A DNA stretch of 64,000 nucleotides from an uncultured Candidatus Saccharibacteria bacterium (GCA_963716565.1 OY970318.1:128830-192829); one strand, 5' to 3'. Counted from the first letter of the stretch, positions 17,338-26,073 are shown. Notes: a model not told the origin generated them from the letters alone. Translations and numbers: made by a program.

Positions 17338-18468
17338 ATGGGAATAGAACAAGCACACTGGTTTCGGAGTGAAAGGTGTAATTTGGATAGATGCGCCTAC
17401 TGCTTTGGGCCGGTTGCTACTCGCGAGGTTGTTTGTAAAGAATCCGATGTTGATATTGCAAAAGAACTGGTAAGAAATAAAGTTAGAATGGTCGTTTTGG
17501 GCGGCGGAGAGCCGACCCTAGCGCGCAACCAGCTAGAAGTATTAGAAATATTAAAACAGGGTGGGATTTATACTAGCGTTCATACCAATGGGCTAACTTT
17601 AACCGAGAAGAAGCTGGATGCCTGGATGGGGCTGGTAGATGAGATCGCTTTGCCAATAGACTCTGCGGATAGGCAGACCCAATCTATTCTTCGGCCGGCG
17701 CCTTTCTTGAAGGTCTACGATAACTTGGGTAATTTGTCAGAACAGATTAACGAGAGAGGAATAAATTTAGGCTGGCATACCGTATTCACGGATCTGAATG
17801 CGCAGGGCATCCCAGCGTTGCATGATAAACTGTGCCAGCATGATTTTAAGTTCTGGCGAATTTATGAATACAACGAGGATCTGGCATTAAGGGGTTGGCT
17901 AGATCACTCTGGCACAACAGGCGAAGGAGTTCATCAGAGCTACAGCCTGGCCGAGTCATTAAGCAACCCTGGAACACCCGAACTTGGGCAAACCGACTGC
18001 TTACTGGCCGATTTTTTGCGGGCAGAAGAGGCTATGCAGCGGCTGGGAGACGATAGGGTATGTTTTGTAGCTCGTAAGAATGAGCAATCCGCCCCGTATT
18101 TCTTTATTCGTCCTGGTGGTGATGTCCATTATTACGATTGGTGCTCAACCAACCAACGTCGACGACTAGGTAACATGCTTAAAGCCAGCTTGCCGACTAT
18201 TCTATCCAAAATGGATGATTTATACCCCGAGTTTTCTCCAACTAGCGAAGATAGGAGTAAATATACAGAAGATTGGCTGGAGGCAACAGCCGATATGCCG
18301 GTTTGGGCTAGAATGTGGGACGGAATAGGCTTTATAGAAGAAGAGCTTGATGAAATTACCGACGAAAAGGTCGCTCGCGAAGTTATAAGGTTGGCAAACT
18401 TGTGGGCAAAAAGAAATGGCTGTACGGATGTCGACTTAAGGTTGGAAGATTATTTTGTATTAGATTAA
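17338..18468 (+). CDS. radical SAM domain protein with atypical Cx4Cx2C cluster motif and an uncharacterised C-terminal half
   Basis: Contains RCNLDRCAYCFGP and GGGEPTL (GGE SAM-binding motif). The ORF-track start at 17317 lies inside the promoter, so ATG 17338 is preferred. Confidence 0.65.
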   Translation: MGIEQAHWFRSERCNLDRCAYCFGPVATREVVCKESDVDIAKELVRNKVRMVVLGGGEPTLARNQLEVLEILKQGGIYTSVHTNGLTLTEKKLDAWMGLVDEIALPIDSADRQTQSILRPAPFLKVYDNLGNLSEQINERGINLGWHTVFTDLNAQGIPALHDKLCQHDFKFWRIYEYNEDLALRGWLDHSGTTGEGVHQSYSLAESLSNPGTPELGQTDCLLADFLRAEEAMQRLGDDRVCFVARKNEQSAPYFFIRPGGDVHYYDWCSTNQRRRLGNMLKASLPTILSKMDDLYPEFSPTSEDRSKYTEDWLEATADMPVWARMWDGIGFIEEELDEITDEKVAREVIRLANLWAKRNGCTDVDLRLEDYFVLD

Positions 18469-18547
18469 CTAGCAACAAGCTCTAGGGATCTTGTTTAGTG
18501 AAAAAGTCTTCACTGACTTGGGTTAACTCCAAGCCTAGTATGGGGGC

Positions 18548-19285
18548 ATGAAAACATTTACAAAATTCGATTTACCAACCCAACATCTAGAAGGTATAGG
18601 CGAACCCTACCTTCCACCCAAAGCCCGCGACGAGCTAGAAATTGCCCGCCGTACAGGCCGGGCGCCAGGCGTACTAATGGCCGAGATGCAGCTAAGGGGC
18701 ATCCGTATTGCCGAGGGCATTTTAGAATACATCTTAAACGAAGAAGACATTCTATTTGCTACTAAAACCTTAGGTGCGGCCGCTTTGAATACTGCTTGGT
18801 ATAACATTGGTCGCGGAGCCAAAGATGTGATGAGCCGCCAGCTAACACTGCCGATCTACAGCGAATATGGGCCGGATGCAAACCAGGCTTTTGTTATTGG
18901 CGAGGCCATAGGTGAAATGAGTGAGGCCGAAGTGGCCGCCACTCAAATGGTTAAAGAAGGCCGCGAAAAAGGTGAGCTATATGACGTACGTAAGAAGGCA
19001 ATAGGCGTTAAGCTGGGCGACTCGGCCCTAACTTTAGCCAGCGTGCCGTCTTGCGCCGAAATCATTGCCGTGAGTGACAAACCGGCCGTACAGCAATCAA
19101 TTGCCCGCCGCAGCGCTTCAGAGCTTTTAGAAAATTCACGCCTGCTCTACAGGCAAATGAACGATACCAATCCAACTCTGGCCCAATTGGCAGACCAAGA
19201 TAGTCCACTATCGGTTTACTGGCGCAAACAGGCCAACAATTTAGCCTATGATGCTCTAGAAATGGCCAAAGAATTTAAAGTTTAA
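18548..19285 (+). CDS. hypothetical protein
   Basis: 245-aa ORF 79 nt downstream of the radical SAM gene. No recognisable motif. Confidence 0.5.
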   Translation: MKTFTKFDLPTQHLEGIGEPYLPPKARDELEIARRTGRAPGVLMAEMQLRGIRIAEGILEYILNEEDILFATKTLGAAALNTAWYNIGRGAKDVMSRQLTLPIYSEYGPDANQAFVIGEAIGEMSEAEVAATQMVKEGREKGELYDVRKKAIGVKLGDSALTLASVPSCAEIIAVSDKPAVQQSIARRSASELLENSRLLYRQMNDTNPTLAQLADQDSPLSVYWRKQANNLAYDALEMAKEFKV

Positions 19286-19943
19286 AAGTCTTGTCTATAA
19301 AGAAGGGCTTACCAGTTTGGGAATACTTTAGTATTTCTTGTGCGGTGGGCAATAGCTGGTCTTTGATGCCACTTAAATCGGTAGCCCAAAAATATTCGCC
19401 CTTTTGGTTGGTAGCTTTCAACTCTCCGTTTAAGTCTTGGGTTGCTAGGGCTGTGAAATGTGTGAAACTTTCTAGTTCTTGGCCCTTAAACACCTTAAAA
19501 TAGCCTTCGCCGGCATATGTGAAAGTTGCTGTTAAGCCAGTAGTTTCACGCAATTCATCCTGGGCAGTTTCAATAATTTCTTTATTAGCTATCGGATTAA
19601 CATGTGGCAAACCAGCCTCATTTATTAGCGGATGGGTATGGCGTTTAAATAGCAACCAAGCCTTATCTTCTGGGCGCTGAACAAGCAAAAAGACAACCGA
19701 ATGAGCTCTATCTAAAGCTAAAAACTGCTTGTTGGCTACGCCAACACCGATGCGCCGACCTTTAGCGGTCAAACTATAAAGCCCATCATTGTTCTTTTGC
19801 GCTAAGCCATCCCGAACGACTAGTTTTAGGTGGTAGTCAAATAGCTTATTGTCTAGCTCATCTGGCTGAAGTTCGCTAAATCGCATAGCTTCGACAAAAG
19901 CTAACTTATAAATAATGGCTTGTTGAATATGATGCTCTAACAT
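19275..19943 (-). CDS. winged-helix plus NUDIX-like domain protein
   Basis: The N-terminus is wHTH-like (IIYKLAFVEAMRFSELQPDELDNKLFDYHLKLVVRDGL). The C-terminus has a degenerate Nudix box (GLPHVNPIANKEIIETAQDELRETTGL). Its 3' end overlaps that of the 18548 gene by 11 nt. Confidence 0.55.
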   Translation of the reverse strand: MLEHHIQQAIIYKLAFVEAMRFSELQPDELDNKLFDYHLKLVVRDGLAQKNNDGLYSLTAKGRRIGVGVANKQFLALDRAHSVVFLLVQRPEDKAWLLFKRHTHPLINEAGLPHVNPIANKEIIETAQDELRETTGLTATFTYAGEGYFKVFKGQELESFTHFTALATQDLNGELKATNQKGEYFWATDLSGIKDQLLPTAQEILKYSQTGKPFFIDKTFKL

Positions 19944-20036
19944 AATTTAAGTATAACCCCATTCTGTAGATTCTATCGCCTATCGTCCATTGTCCAACGT
20001 CTGATTATGTGTTAAAATAACAACCGAAGGCAAAGA

Positions 20037-20061
20037 CCCGCCATTTAAGCGGGCTATTTTT
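20037..20061 (+). promoter_or_regulatory. terminator-like hairpin plus U-run abutting the typA start codon (possible leader attenuator)
   Basis: CCCGC-CAUUUAA-GCGGG followed by CUAUUUUU, then ATG at 20062. The candidate promoter is TTGTCC-17-TAAAAT at 19990-20018. No SD is visible. Confidence 0.4.
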
Positions 20062-21885
20062 ATGATAGATACTACCCACATTCGAAACATTGCCATTATT
20101 GCGCACGTAGACCATGGTAAAACTACCATTGTTGATGCGCTTTTAAAGCAAAGCCACACTTTTAGAGCCAACCAGGCCGAAATGCAGGCCAATCTTATTT
20201 TAGACAGTGGCGACCAAGAACGAGAACGTGGCATTACTATTCGCGCCAAGCAAACGGCCATTAACTACAATGGTTACCATATTAATATTATCGATACTCC
20301 CGGCCACGCCGATTTTAGCGGTGAAGTGGAGCGGACTCTAAACATGGCTGATGGCTGTTTGCTGATTGTAGATGCCCAAGAAGGCCCTATGCCACAAACC
20401 AAATTCGTACTAAAAAAAGCTCTGCAAACCGGCCTAAAGCCCATCGTTATCATTAACAAAATAGATAAAAAAGACGCTCGTATTCATAAAGTAGAAGACG
20501 AAATCGCCGATTTATTTTTAGAACTTGCTAGCGACGAAAGCCAGTTGCATTACTCGGTATTTTACGCTGTTGGCCGTCAGGGCAAAGCTTGGGACACTAA
20601 GCCAGACGATATGGATTCTAAGGCTGATATGAGCGTTATTTTTGACGCTGTAATTGCCGAAATCCCTTGCCCCAGCGGCGAGCTAGATAAACCATTCCAA
20701 ATGTTAATTACGGCCCTAGCCTGGGACAGTTTTTTGGGTAAATACGCTATTGGCCGTATTGCTAGGGGCAGTTTAAAAAGTGGCCAACAATTAAAACTTA
20801 TTAAAAAAGACGGGCGAGTAGTTAATACCAAAGCCGATAAGATTTTTATTAATCAAGGTTTAGCCAAAGCCGAAGTTGGCGAAGCCACCACCGGCGACAT
20901 TATATCTGTTACGGGCATAGCCGATGCTCAAATTGGCGAAACCATTGCCGATTATGATAACCCTGAAGCCTTGCCGGTAATTTTGGTAGAAGAGCCAACC
21001 CTAAAGATCACGCTTTTACCCAATAGTTCGCCATTTAAGGGTCAGGAGGGTGAATTCACTACTTCGCGCCAGATAGATAACCGGCTTAAACAAGAACTAG
21101 AAACTAACGTTGGGTTGCGTGTTGAACCGGATGGAGTAGGCTTTTTGGTGAGTGGCCGTGGCGAATTGCACTTAAGCGTGCTAATAGAAGCTATGCGCCG
21201 TGAGGGATTTGAATTCGAAGTTGGTAAGCCACACGTTGTTTTAAAAGAAGTCGATGGTAAAACTTGCGAGCCAGTAGAAGAGCTAACCATAGAAGTGCCA
21301 GACGATTACGTGGGCACTGTTCAGCAACAGCTTGGAGCCCGTAGGGCAGAGTTTATTCGCCAAGATGCTACTGGCACGGGTATTGCTCGCTTAGAATATA
21401 AAATCACTACTCGTTCATTGCTTGGTTTGCGTAACATTTTGCTGACCGCTACAAGAGGCACAGTTAATATGTATAGCTTAATGCTTGGCTACCAGCCAGT
21501 GGGCTCTAATTTAGCTAGCTCGCGCAACGGTGCCCTAATTGCCTGGGAAACCGGTGTTGCCACGGCTTACGCTCTGCAAACGGCCGAACAAAGAGGTATT
21601 TGTTTTATTGCTCCTGGCGTAAAAGTCTACGCCGGTCAAGTAGTTGGCTTAAATAGCCGAGCCGACGATATGGACATTAACGTGGTAAAAGAAAAACACC
21701 TAACTAATATGCGCTCTTCAAGCAGCGATGGTACCGTGCAGCTAACTCCGCCAGTAACGTTTAGCCTAGAGCAATCCCTAGATTTTATAGAAGATGACGA
21801 GTATTTAGAAGTTACGCCTAAATCTTTACGTATTCGTAAAAAGATTTTAGACCCCAACATGCGCAAGCGTGCCCCGAAGCAATAA
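20062..21885 (+). CDS. typA: translational GTPase TypA/BipA
   Basis: G-domain motifs [17 protein letters not shown] and NKID, plus EF-G-like domains and a BipA-type C-terminus. Confidence 0.95.
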   Translation: MIDTTHIRNIAIIAHVDHGKTTIVDALLKQSHTFRANQAEMQANLILDSGDQERERGITIRAKQTAINYNGYHINIIDTPGHADFSGEVERTLNMADGCLLIVDAQEGPMPQTKFVLKKALQTGLKPIVIINKIDKKDARIHKVEDEIADLFLELASDESQLHYSVFYAVGRQGKAWDTKPDDMDSKADMSVIFDAVIAEIPCPSGELDKPFQMLITALAWDSFLGKYAIGRIARGSLKSGQQLKLIKKDGRVVNTKADKIFINQGLAKAEVGEATTGDIISVTGIADAQIGETIADYDNPEALPVILVEEPTLKITLLPNSSPFKGQEGEFTTSRQIDNRLKQELETNVGLRVEPDGVGFLVSGRGELHLSVLIEAMRREGFEFEVGKPHVVLKEVDGKTCEPVEELTIEVPDDYVGTVQQQLGARRAEFIRQDATGTGIARLEYKITTRSLLGLRNILLTATRGTVNMYSLMLGYQPVGSNLASSRNGALIAWETGVATAYALQTAEQRGICFIAPGVKVYAGQVVGLNSRADDMDINVVKEKHLTNMRSSSSDGTVQLTPPVTFSLEQSLDFIEDDEYLEVTPKSLRIRKKILDPNMRKRAPKQ

Positions 21886-21955
21886 AAGTATTTAAAAAAT
21901 GCACTTCCTGCCTTGTCGCTAACGGTTTAATGGCTTTTGTGCCATAATAGATTTT

Positions 21956-22477
21956 ATGCTTACACCAAAAACTATTTTGCTAATTATCAATATTATAGGT
22001 GGCATCGCTGTTGTTGGCAGCTATATCTGGGTGCTAACTAAAAGTGGCAAGGGAGCCACAGCTTTTTGGGGTGGTACACCGAAGAATGTAATATCAATCT
22101 ATACGTTATCGATGATTTTATCAGCACTGTCTTATTTTGCCTTTATCTTCTTTACGCTGTTTAAGCTTGATTTATCGGCTGTAAATCTGGCAGTTTTATA
22201 CAGTGCTTTTGTAGGTATATTAGCAATTTCGGCTTTTTGGATGCCATTAACAAATATGTATTTGGCGCATGCTTCCACCTTACTGTGGATCTGCGTAAGA
22301 TTGGTATTAGTTTTCGTTGGATTGGCCTCAATTTTGTTGGCTGGCTTCTTAATAAGCCTACATTCCCAGCAATCAGGAGCCGCTTATTGGGCGGCGCTTG
22401 CTGGCGCTTGCTACTTTGCTTTCCATACGGCAGTATTAGATGCCATATTTTGGCCGGTATTATTTAGGTCTGTTTAG
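21956..22477 (+). CDS. hypothetical polytopic membrane protein
   Basis: 173 aa with about 5 TM helices. No family was recognised. Confidence 0.5.
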   Translation: MLTPKTILLIINIIGGIAVVGSYIWVLTKSGKGATAFWGGTPKNVISIYTLSMILSALSYFAFIFFTLFKLDLSAVNLAVLYSAFVGILAISAFWMPLTNMYLAHASTLLWICVRLVLVFVGLASILLAGFLISLHSQQSGAAYWAALAGACYFAFHTAVLDAIFWPVLFRSV

Positions 22478-22565
22478 TACGCACTCCAAGGGGTAGACAA
22501 AAGGGCTACAATGTGTAATAATAGCTTTGTTCATTGTTGGCAAAAAATGCACCCAAGGGGGTCTC

Positions 22566-22814
22566 GTGAACGACTTAATAGAGGTCAGTCACATCCTGTT
22601 CGCCATAGCTCTGATCGCGCTTGGCCTCGTCGTTTTTCTTAGTTTTGCCTGGCTTGTTGGCAAGTTCATCTCCAAGATATCGGGCGATGAGGAGAATGAC
22701 AAGAGAGAGCGCAGGGTCGCAGCCAAGGTGATCGTCGCCTGTGCGCTAGTGTTTGCGGTGTCTCTTGGCTTGGGCTGGCTACTGTACTACCTAGGTGGTG
22801 GTACGGCAACATAG
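22566..22814 (+). CDS. hypothetical two-TM membrane protein (G/C-rich orphan)
   Basis: The in-frame GTG at 22566 follows SD aaggggg; the ORF track starts at 22527. Codons are G/C-ending. Confidence 0.45.
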   Translation: MNDLIEVSHILFAIALIALGLVVFLSFAWLVGKFISKISGDEENDKRERRVAAKVIVACALVFAVSLGLGWLLYYLGGGTAT

Positions 22815-22873
22815 CTGGCAGTGCCACTGGGCACCACCAAACTTCTGAGCTTTGGGCGACCAATGAACAAAAG

Positions 22874-22936
22874 GGCGGGAGATTGGGTGAATAACTCAAT
22901 CTCCCGCCTGTAGCACACCCCAAAAGGGTGTTTTTT
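22874..22936. terminator. bidirectional terminator pair between convergent genes
   Basis: A 12-bp hairpin GGCGGGAGAUUG/CAAUCUCCCGCC at 22874-22908 is T-rich on the minus-strand side. A hairpin ACACCC/GGGUGU followed by U6 at 22915-22936 serves the plus strand. Confidence 0.75.
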
Positions 22937-22938
22937 AT

Positions 22939-23739
22939 TTAGTCATGCTTTACATAAACTTGGGTTGGGCTAGTACCGGCAAAATGTAACTGGCCATTGC
23001 TAAAGGTAGCACTGCCGGCATTCAATCCGTATGTACCATTCATAGCGTTAACCACACCGCTATTTAAGACTTTACCGGCAATATCTAGCGGGGCATTAAA
23101 GCGCCCGATTTGAACTTGTTCAACTTGCATATTTAAAACGTTATTAACTACCTCGGCAGCAGCTCGTACGTAGATTGGCGGGCTACCTGCTAAACGTTTG
23201 CCCCAGCCTAGGGCTTTATCGATATCGGACTGGCTATAGCCAACTCCGCCTATAAAATTAACAAAGCTAGAGATTTGATCCATTTTAATGTTGCCACTAA
23301 TTTCTACGGTACCATCGCCAAAACGAACTTGGGTATTAGTAATTGGCATTTGCGACCAGCCAACCGAGTTAATGGTGGCGGTAATTTCTTCTTGAGTTAA
23401 GTTAACATCCATATATTTCGGGTTAGCAAAAATTGTCTTTTTAGCAGGATTGATAGCGCTAACTGGTGCGGTGGCGAAGTCTAAAAATTGGCCACCAGTC
23501 TTGGTTTGGTAACTAACGTAATCGGCCTCACTGTAACGTACGCCTAGGTCGCGGGCTTTGGTGGCGCCCATTAGGCTAGATAAACCAGGTATAAAACCCA
23601 GATACCCTAAGACGATCACTGGGGCCACAATAAATACTAAAACTAGAACGCTGACTACCCATGGCCACTTACGTCGTTTTTTGGGTTCTGGCTTGATGTT
23701 GGTCTCTTCCACCTCTGTCGGTTTGCTGTTTTCGTCCAT
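22939..23739 (-). CDS. hypothetical membrane-anchored extracytoplasmic protein
   Basis: 266 aa with a charged N-terminus, one TM helix and a large C-terminal domain. No family was recognised. Confidence 0.55.
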   Translation of the reverse strand: MDENSKPTEVEETNIKPEPKKRRKWPWVVSVLVLVFIVAPVIVLGYLGFIPGLSSLMGATKARDLGVRYSEADYVSYQTKTGGQFLDFATAPVSAINPAKKTIFANPKYMDVNLTQEEITATINSVGWSQMPITNTQVRFGDGTVEISGNIKMDQISSFVNFIGGVGYSQSDIDKALGWGKRLAGSPPIYVRAAAEVVNNVLNMQVEQVQIGRFNAPLDIAGKVLNSGVVNAMNGTYGLNAGSATFSNGQLHFAGTSPTQVYVKHD

Positions 23740-23798
23740 GGCTCCCTCACTGTTATTTAGCTGTATATTAGTATATATCTTTGGTTTAGTTATGAGAA

Positions 23799-23867
23799 TT
23801 CTATGGGCTTAGTAAAGAGTTCGGCGTTGTGCCTAAGCTGACGAGGCCAAAAGGCTTAAAAAACAGA
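23799..23867 (+). repeat. degenerate hammerhead copy, a direct repeat of the 26015-26073 ribozyme
   Basis: Positions 23827-23867 (ttgtgcctaagCTGACGAggccaaaaggctTAAaaaacaga) align with 26031-26071. G12 is changed to U, the nucleotide at the H17 position is G, the 5' strand of stem III has diverged, and loop I carries an insertion. Confidence 0.6.
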
Positions 23868-23923
23868 AAAAACCAAATTGCTATTGCTTGCGTTTTTAAA
23901 TTATTGGCTAATAATACAGCTTA

Positions 23924-24238
23924 ATGGAAACACTCGAACAAGAGAAAACTAACCAGTATCGTCGAGCAAGCGCCTTTTGTATGCTTGGCTGTGACGCTTG
24001 CGATGCAATGCTAGGCAAAGAATGTAAGCCAACACTGAGTCTGGATGGTAGTGGTATTTACTGCCACAGGCAAAGCAAAGAGGTCACATTCACGGCCCTA
24101 GATGCTCATCAACAAGTTTTTGGTAAGCCAGCTAGATTGCTAGAAGAAAAAGCCCAACTTATAAGTAGGATATTCGGCCACCTAGAAATGCCCAAAGAAC
24201 CCGAAGCGCCAAAAGATTCGACAGAGCAAGTTTTATAA
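23924..24238 (+). CDS. hypothetical Cys-rich protein
   Basis: 104 aa containing CMLGCDACDAMLGKEC...YCH. Preceded by the TTGCTT promoter motif at 23884, with an AT-rich -10 about 8-10 nt before the ATG. Confidence 0.5.
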   Translation: METLEQEKTNQYRRASAFCMLGCDACDAMLGKECKPTLSLDGSGIYCHRQSKEVTFTALDAHQQVFGKPARLLEEKAQLISRIFGHLEMPKEPEAPKDSTEQVL

Positions 24239-24309
24239 CAACACTATTTAGTATTTTTATCTCTAAGACGTACATCAATAAAACATTAAAGAGGTTATAA
24301 TGGCCGTAG

Positions 24310-24945
24310 ATGACAGGCCAAACCAAATCAACAATAAAAATCGTAGAAGAAATCTTTAACAGTATTTTGCATGGGCTAGGGGCCATCGCCGGCATTGTTG
24401 GCTTGGTTCTGGGCATAGTTACAATCACTGCCGACTTGTCTTATAAAGTTGGCTTTATCATTTATTGTGCCACTCTAATCTTATTGATGTTAATGTCTTG
24501 CTTGTACCATGCCTTAAAATTCACCAAAGCCACAAAAGTTTTTAGGGCGTTAGATCATAGCAGCATCTTTTTGCTAATAGCCGGCAGTTTTACGCCGTTT
24601 ATTATTCAGCTATATTCTGGCTGGGTGCAAATAGTGTTATTAAGTGTTACTTGGGTGATTGCTACTGCTGGCGTAAGCCTAACCCCAACTGTAATTTTGC
24701 CCAAAGACCTCAAAAAAACTAACGCTATATTTTACATTGCCTTTGGCTGGCTGGCTCTAATCTTTATTCCAAAAATTCATACCTTTTCGGCGACGGTGTT
24801 GTGGTTATTAGTAGCCGGCGGGGCTTTATATACGGTTGGCGTAATTTTATATGCTAGTAAAAAGCCATTTATGCATCTTGGTTGGCACGCATTTGTTATC
24901 GCTGCCGCAACCTTGCACTTCTTTGCCATTATAAAGCTCCCCTAG
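24310..24945 (+). CDS. hemolysin III / PAQR family membrane protein
   Basis: 211 aa, 7 TM helices, with conserved HLGAI, YHAL, DHSSIFLLIAGSFTPF and HAFV motifs of the HlyIII family. Confidence 0.85.
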   Translation: MTGQTKSTIKIVEEIFNSILHGLGAIAGIVGLVLGIVTITADLSYKVGFIIYCATLILLMLMSCLYHALKFTKATKVFRALDHSSIFLLIAGSFTPFIIQLYSGWVQIVLLSVTWVIATAGVSLTPTVILPKDLKKTNAIFYIAFGWLALIFIPKIHTFSATVLWLLVAGGALYTVGVILYASKKPFMHLGWHAFVIAAATLHFFAIIKLP

Positions 24946-24981
24946 CATAGACAGAAACATAATAAAGTGGTAATATATGCG

Positions 24982-25015
24982 CACTTTCGTTGAGATTACT
25001 CCGAAGGTGTTTTTT
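24982..25015 (+). terminator. rho-independent terminator after the hlyIII-family gene (or first hairpin of the downstream leader)
   Basis: CACUUUCG-12 nt-CGAAGGUG hairpin followed by U6. Confidence 0.7.
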
Positions 25016-25146
25016 GACAAGTAGGAAACGCAAAATGAGAGGCAAGGGCTTGGTTGCAAGCTTTTGCTCCTCATTTTGCGCTTCTCATAGGGAGAGGCCA
25101 ATAAGCTAAGGCTTGGGCGCTCGCCCAGTGAGGAGAAGGGGAAAAT

Positions 25147-25689
25147 ATGAATCTGCTATTGGACGTCAAAGGTGAGATGGTGGTTTTCGGCAAAAGCCTA
25201 GGCGACACCTTTCCTGAATGGGTGAAGGACGCCAAGGCGCTGGCCTATACCCAAGGGCATCAGTACGCGATGTTCGTGTATGAGGGCATCATAGTACGGG
25301 CGAGCCTGGGCTCAAGTTCCGAGCTCTTACTGCGCGATGTGCGGCGAGCGCGGTATGGTCATCTTGGTAACGCGGTGGGGCCGAAGTGCTGTGAGCATCT
25401 CACCGACGAGGACCTGCAGGAGGACGAGCTGGCCAGGGCTGCGTACGACGTCAACCATATCTTCACCTTGCTCATGGGCCTCATCAGTGAAGAGGTCCGT
25501 GCGGAATTGGATCGGGAGAACGTCGTGGCGTCCGGTATCAAAGGTGAACGGATCAAGCAGACGACTCGCCTAGTCCTTTCTATGAAGGACTTGGCCCGGC
25601 TCAGCATCCGGCTCGAAAGAGCGCAAGCAGGCGCCCAAGCCCAAGAGGTGGCTAAAGCCGAACCGGTCGCCGAAACGGTGGCGTCTTGA
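25147..25689 (+). CDS. hypothetical protein (G/C-rich orphan)
   Basis: 180 aa with SD gaggag and strongly G/C-ending codons. No family was recognised. Confidence 0.55.
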   Translation: MNLLLDVKGEMVVFGKSLGDTFPEWVKDAKALAYTQGHQYAMFVYEGIIVRASLGSSSELLLRDVRRARYGHLGNAVGPKCCEHLTDEDLQEDELARAAYDVNHIFTLLMGLISEEVRAELDRENVVASGIKGERIKQTTRLVLSMKDLARLSIRLERAQAGAQAQEVAKAEPVAETVAS

Positions 25690-25943
25690 ACGCCAAGCCA
25701 AAGTCGGCGTTGGTAACGGCCGGCTACAACGCGTTCTACGTACGTGCTGGTGTTCGGCTCGAAGACGCTCTGCGTGAAGCGGCGTCTGTGTCGGCCCAAG
25801 TGTGCAATCTGGTGACTGTTGTGTTCAACAATCGACCGCTTGCGATCGATACGACGACTGACGTCGAGAAGCTTCTAATAGCCGAAGGCCTAGACGGCAA
25901 TGCCGTTTCTTCGGACGTTTCTCGACGAAACGCTCACGCCTGA
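25686..25943 (+). CDS. hypothetical protein (G/C-rich orphan)
   Basis: 85 aa. The TTG start overlaps the upstream stop (TTGA), suggesting translational coupling. An 11-bp hairpin follows at about 25965-25994. Confidence 0.45.
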   Translation: MNAKPKSALVTAGYNAFYVRAGVRLEDALREAASVSAQVCNLVTVVFNNRPLAIDTTTDVEKLLIAEGLDGNAVSSDVSRRNAHA

Positions 25944-26014
25944 CCCCTCCCGGTTTTCAAAAGGGCGTAGTGGCCACCAACCACTACGCCCTATGCCGGT
26001 CTCCTACTTGTCAA

Positions 26015-26073
26015 TATCTGTTTACTTAAGTGTGCGCTTAAGCTGACGAGGTCAAAAGGCCGAAAAACAGATA
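26015..26073 (+). ncRNA. hammerhead ribozyme, type III topology (cleavage predicted after A26024)
   Basis: Reads UAUCUGUUUA|CUUAAG-UGUGCG-CUUAAG-CUGACGA-GGUC-AAAA-GGCC-GAA-AAACAGAUA. The full core is present. Stems I, II and III have 6, 4 and 9 bp, and all three covary with the 3099 copy. Confidence 0.85.

Noticed and set aside
19975-19999. The shared 10-mer ctatcgtcca and the tccaacNtct similarity between 19975-19999 and 31540-31556.
   Set aside because: Exact 10-mers are expected many hundreds of times by chance among all position pairs in 64 kb, and no extended alignment exists.
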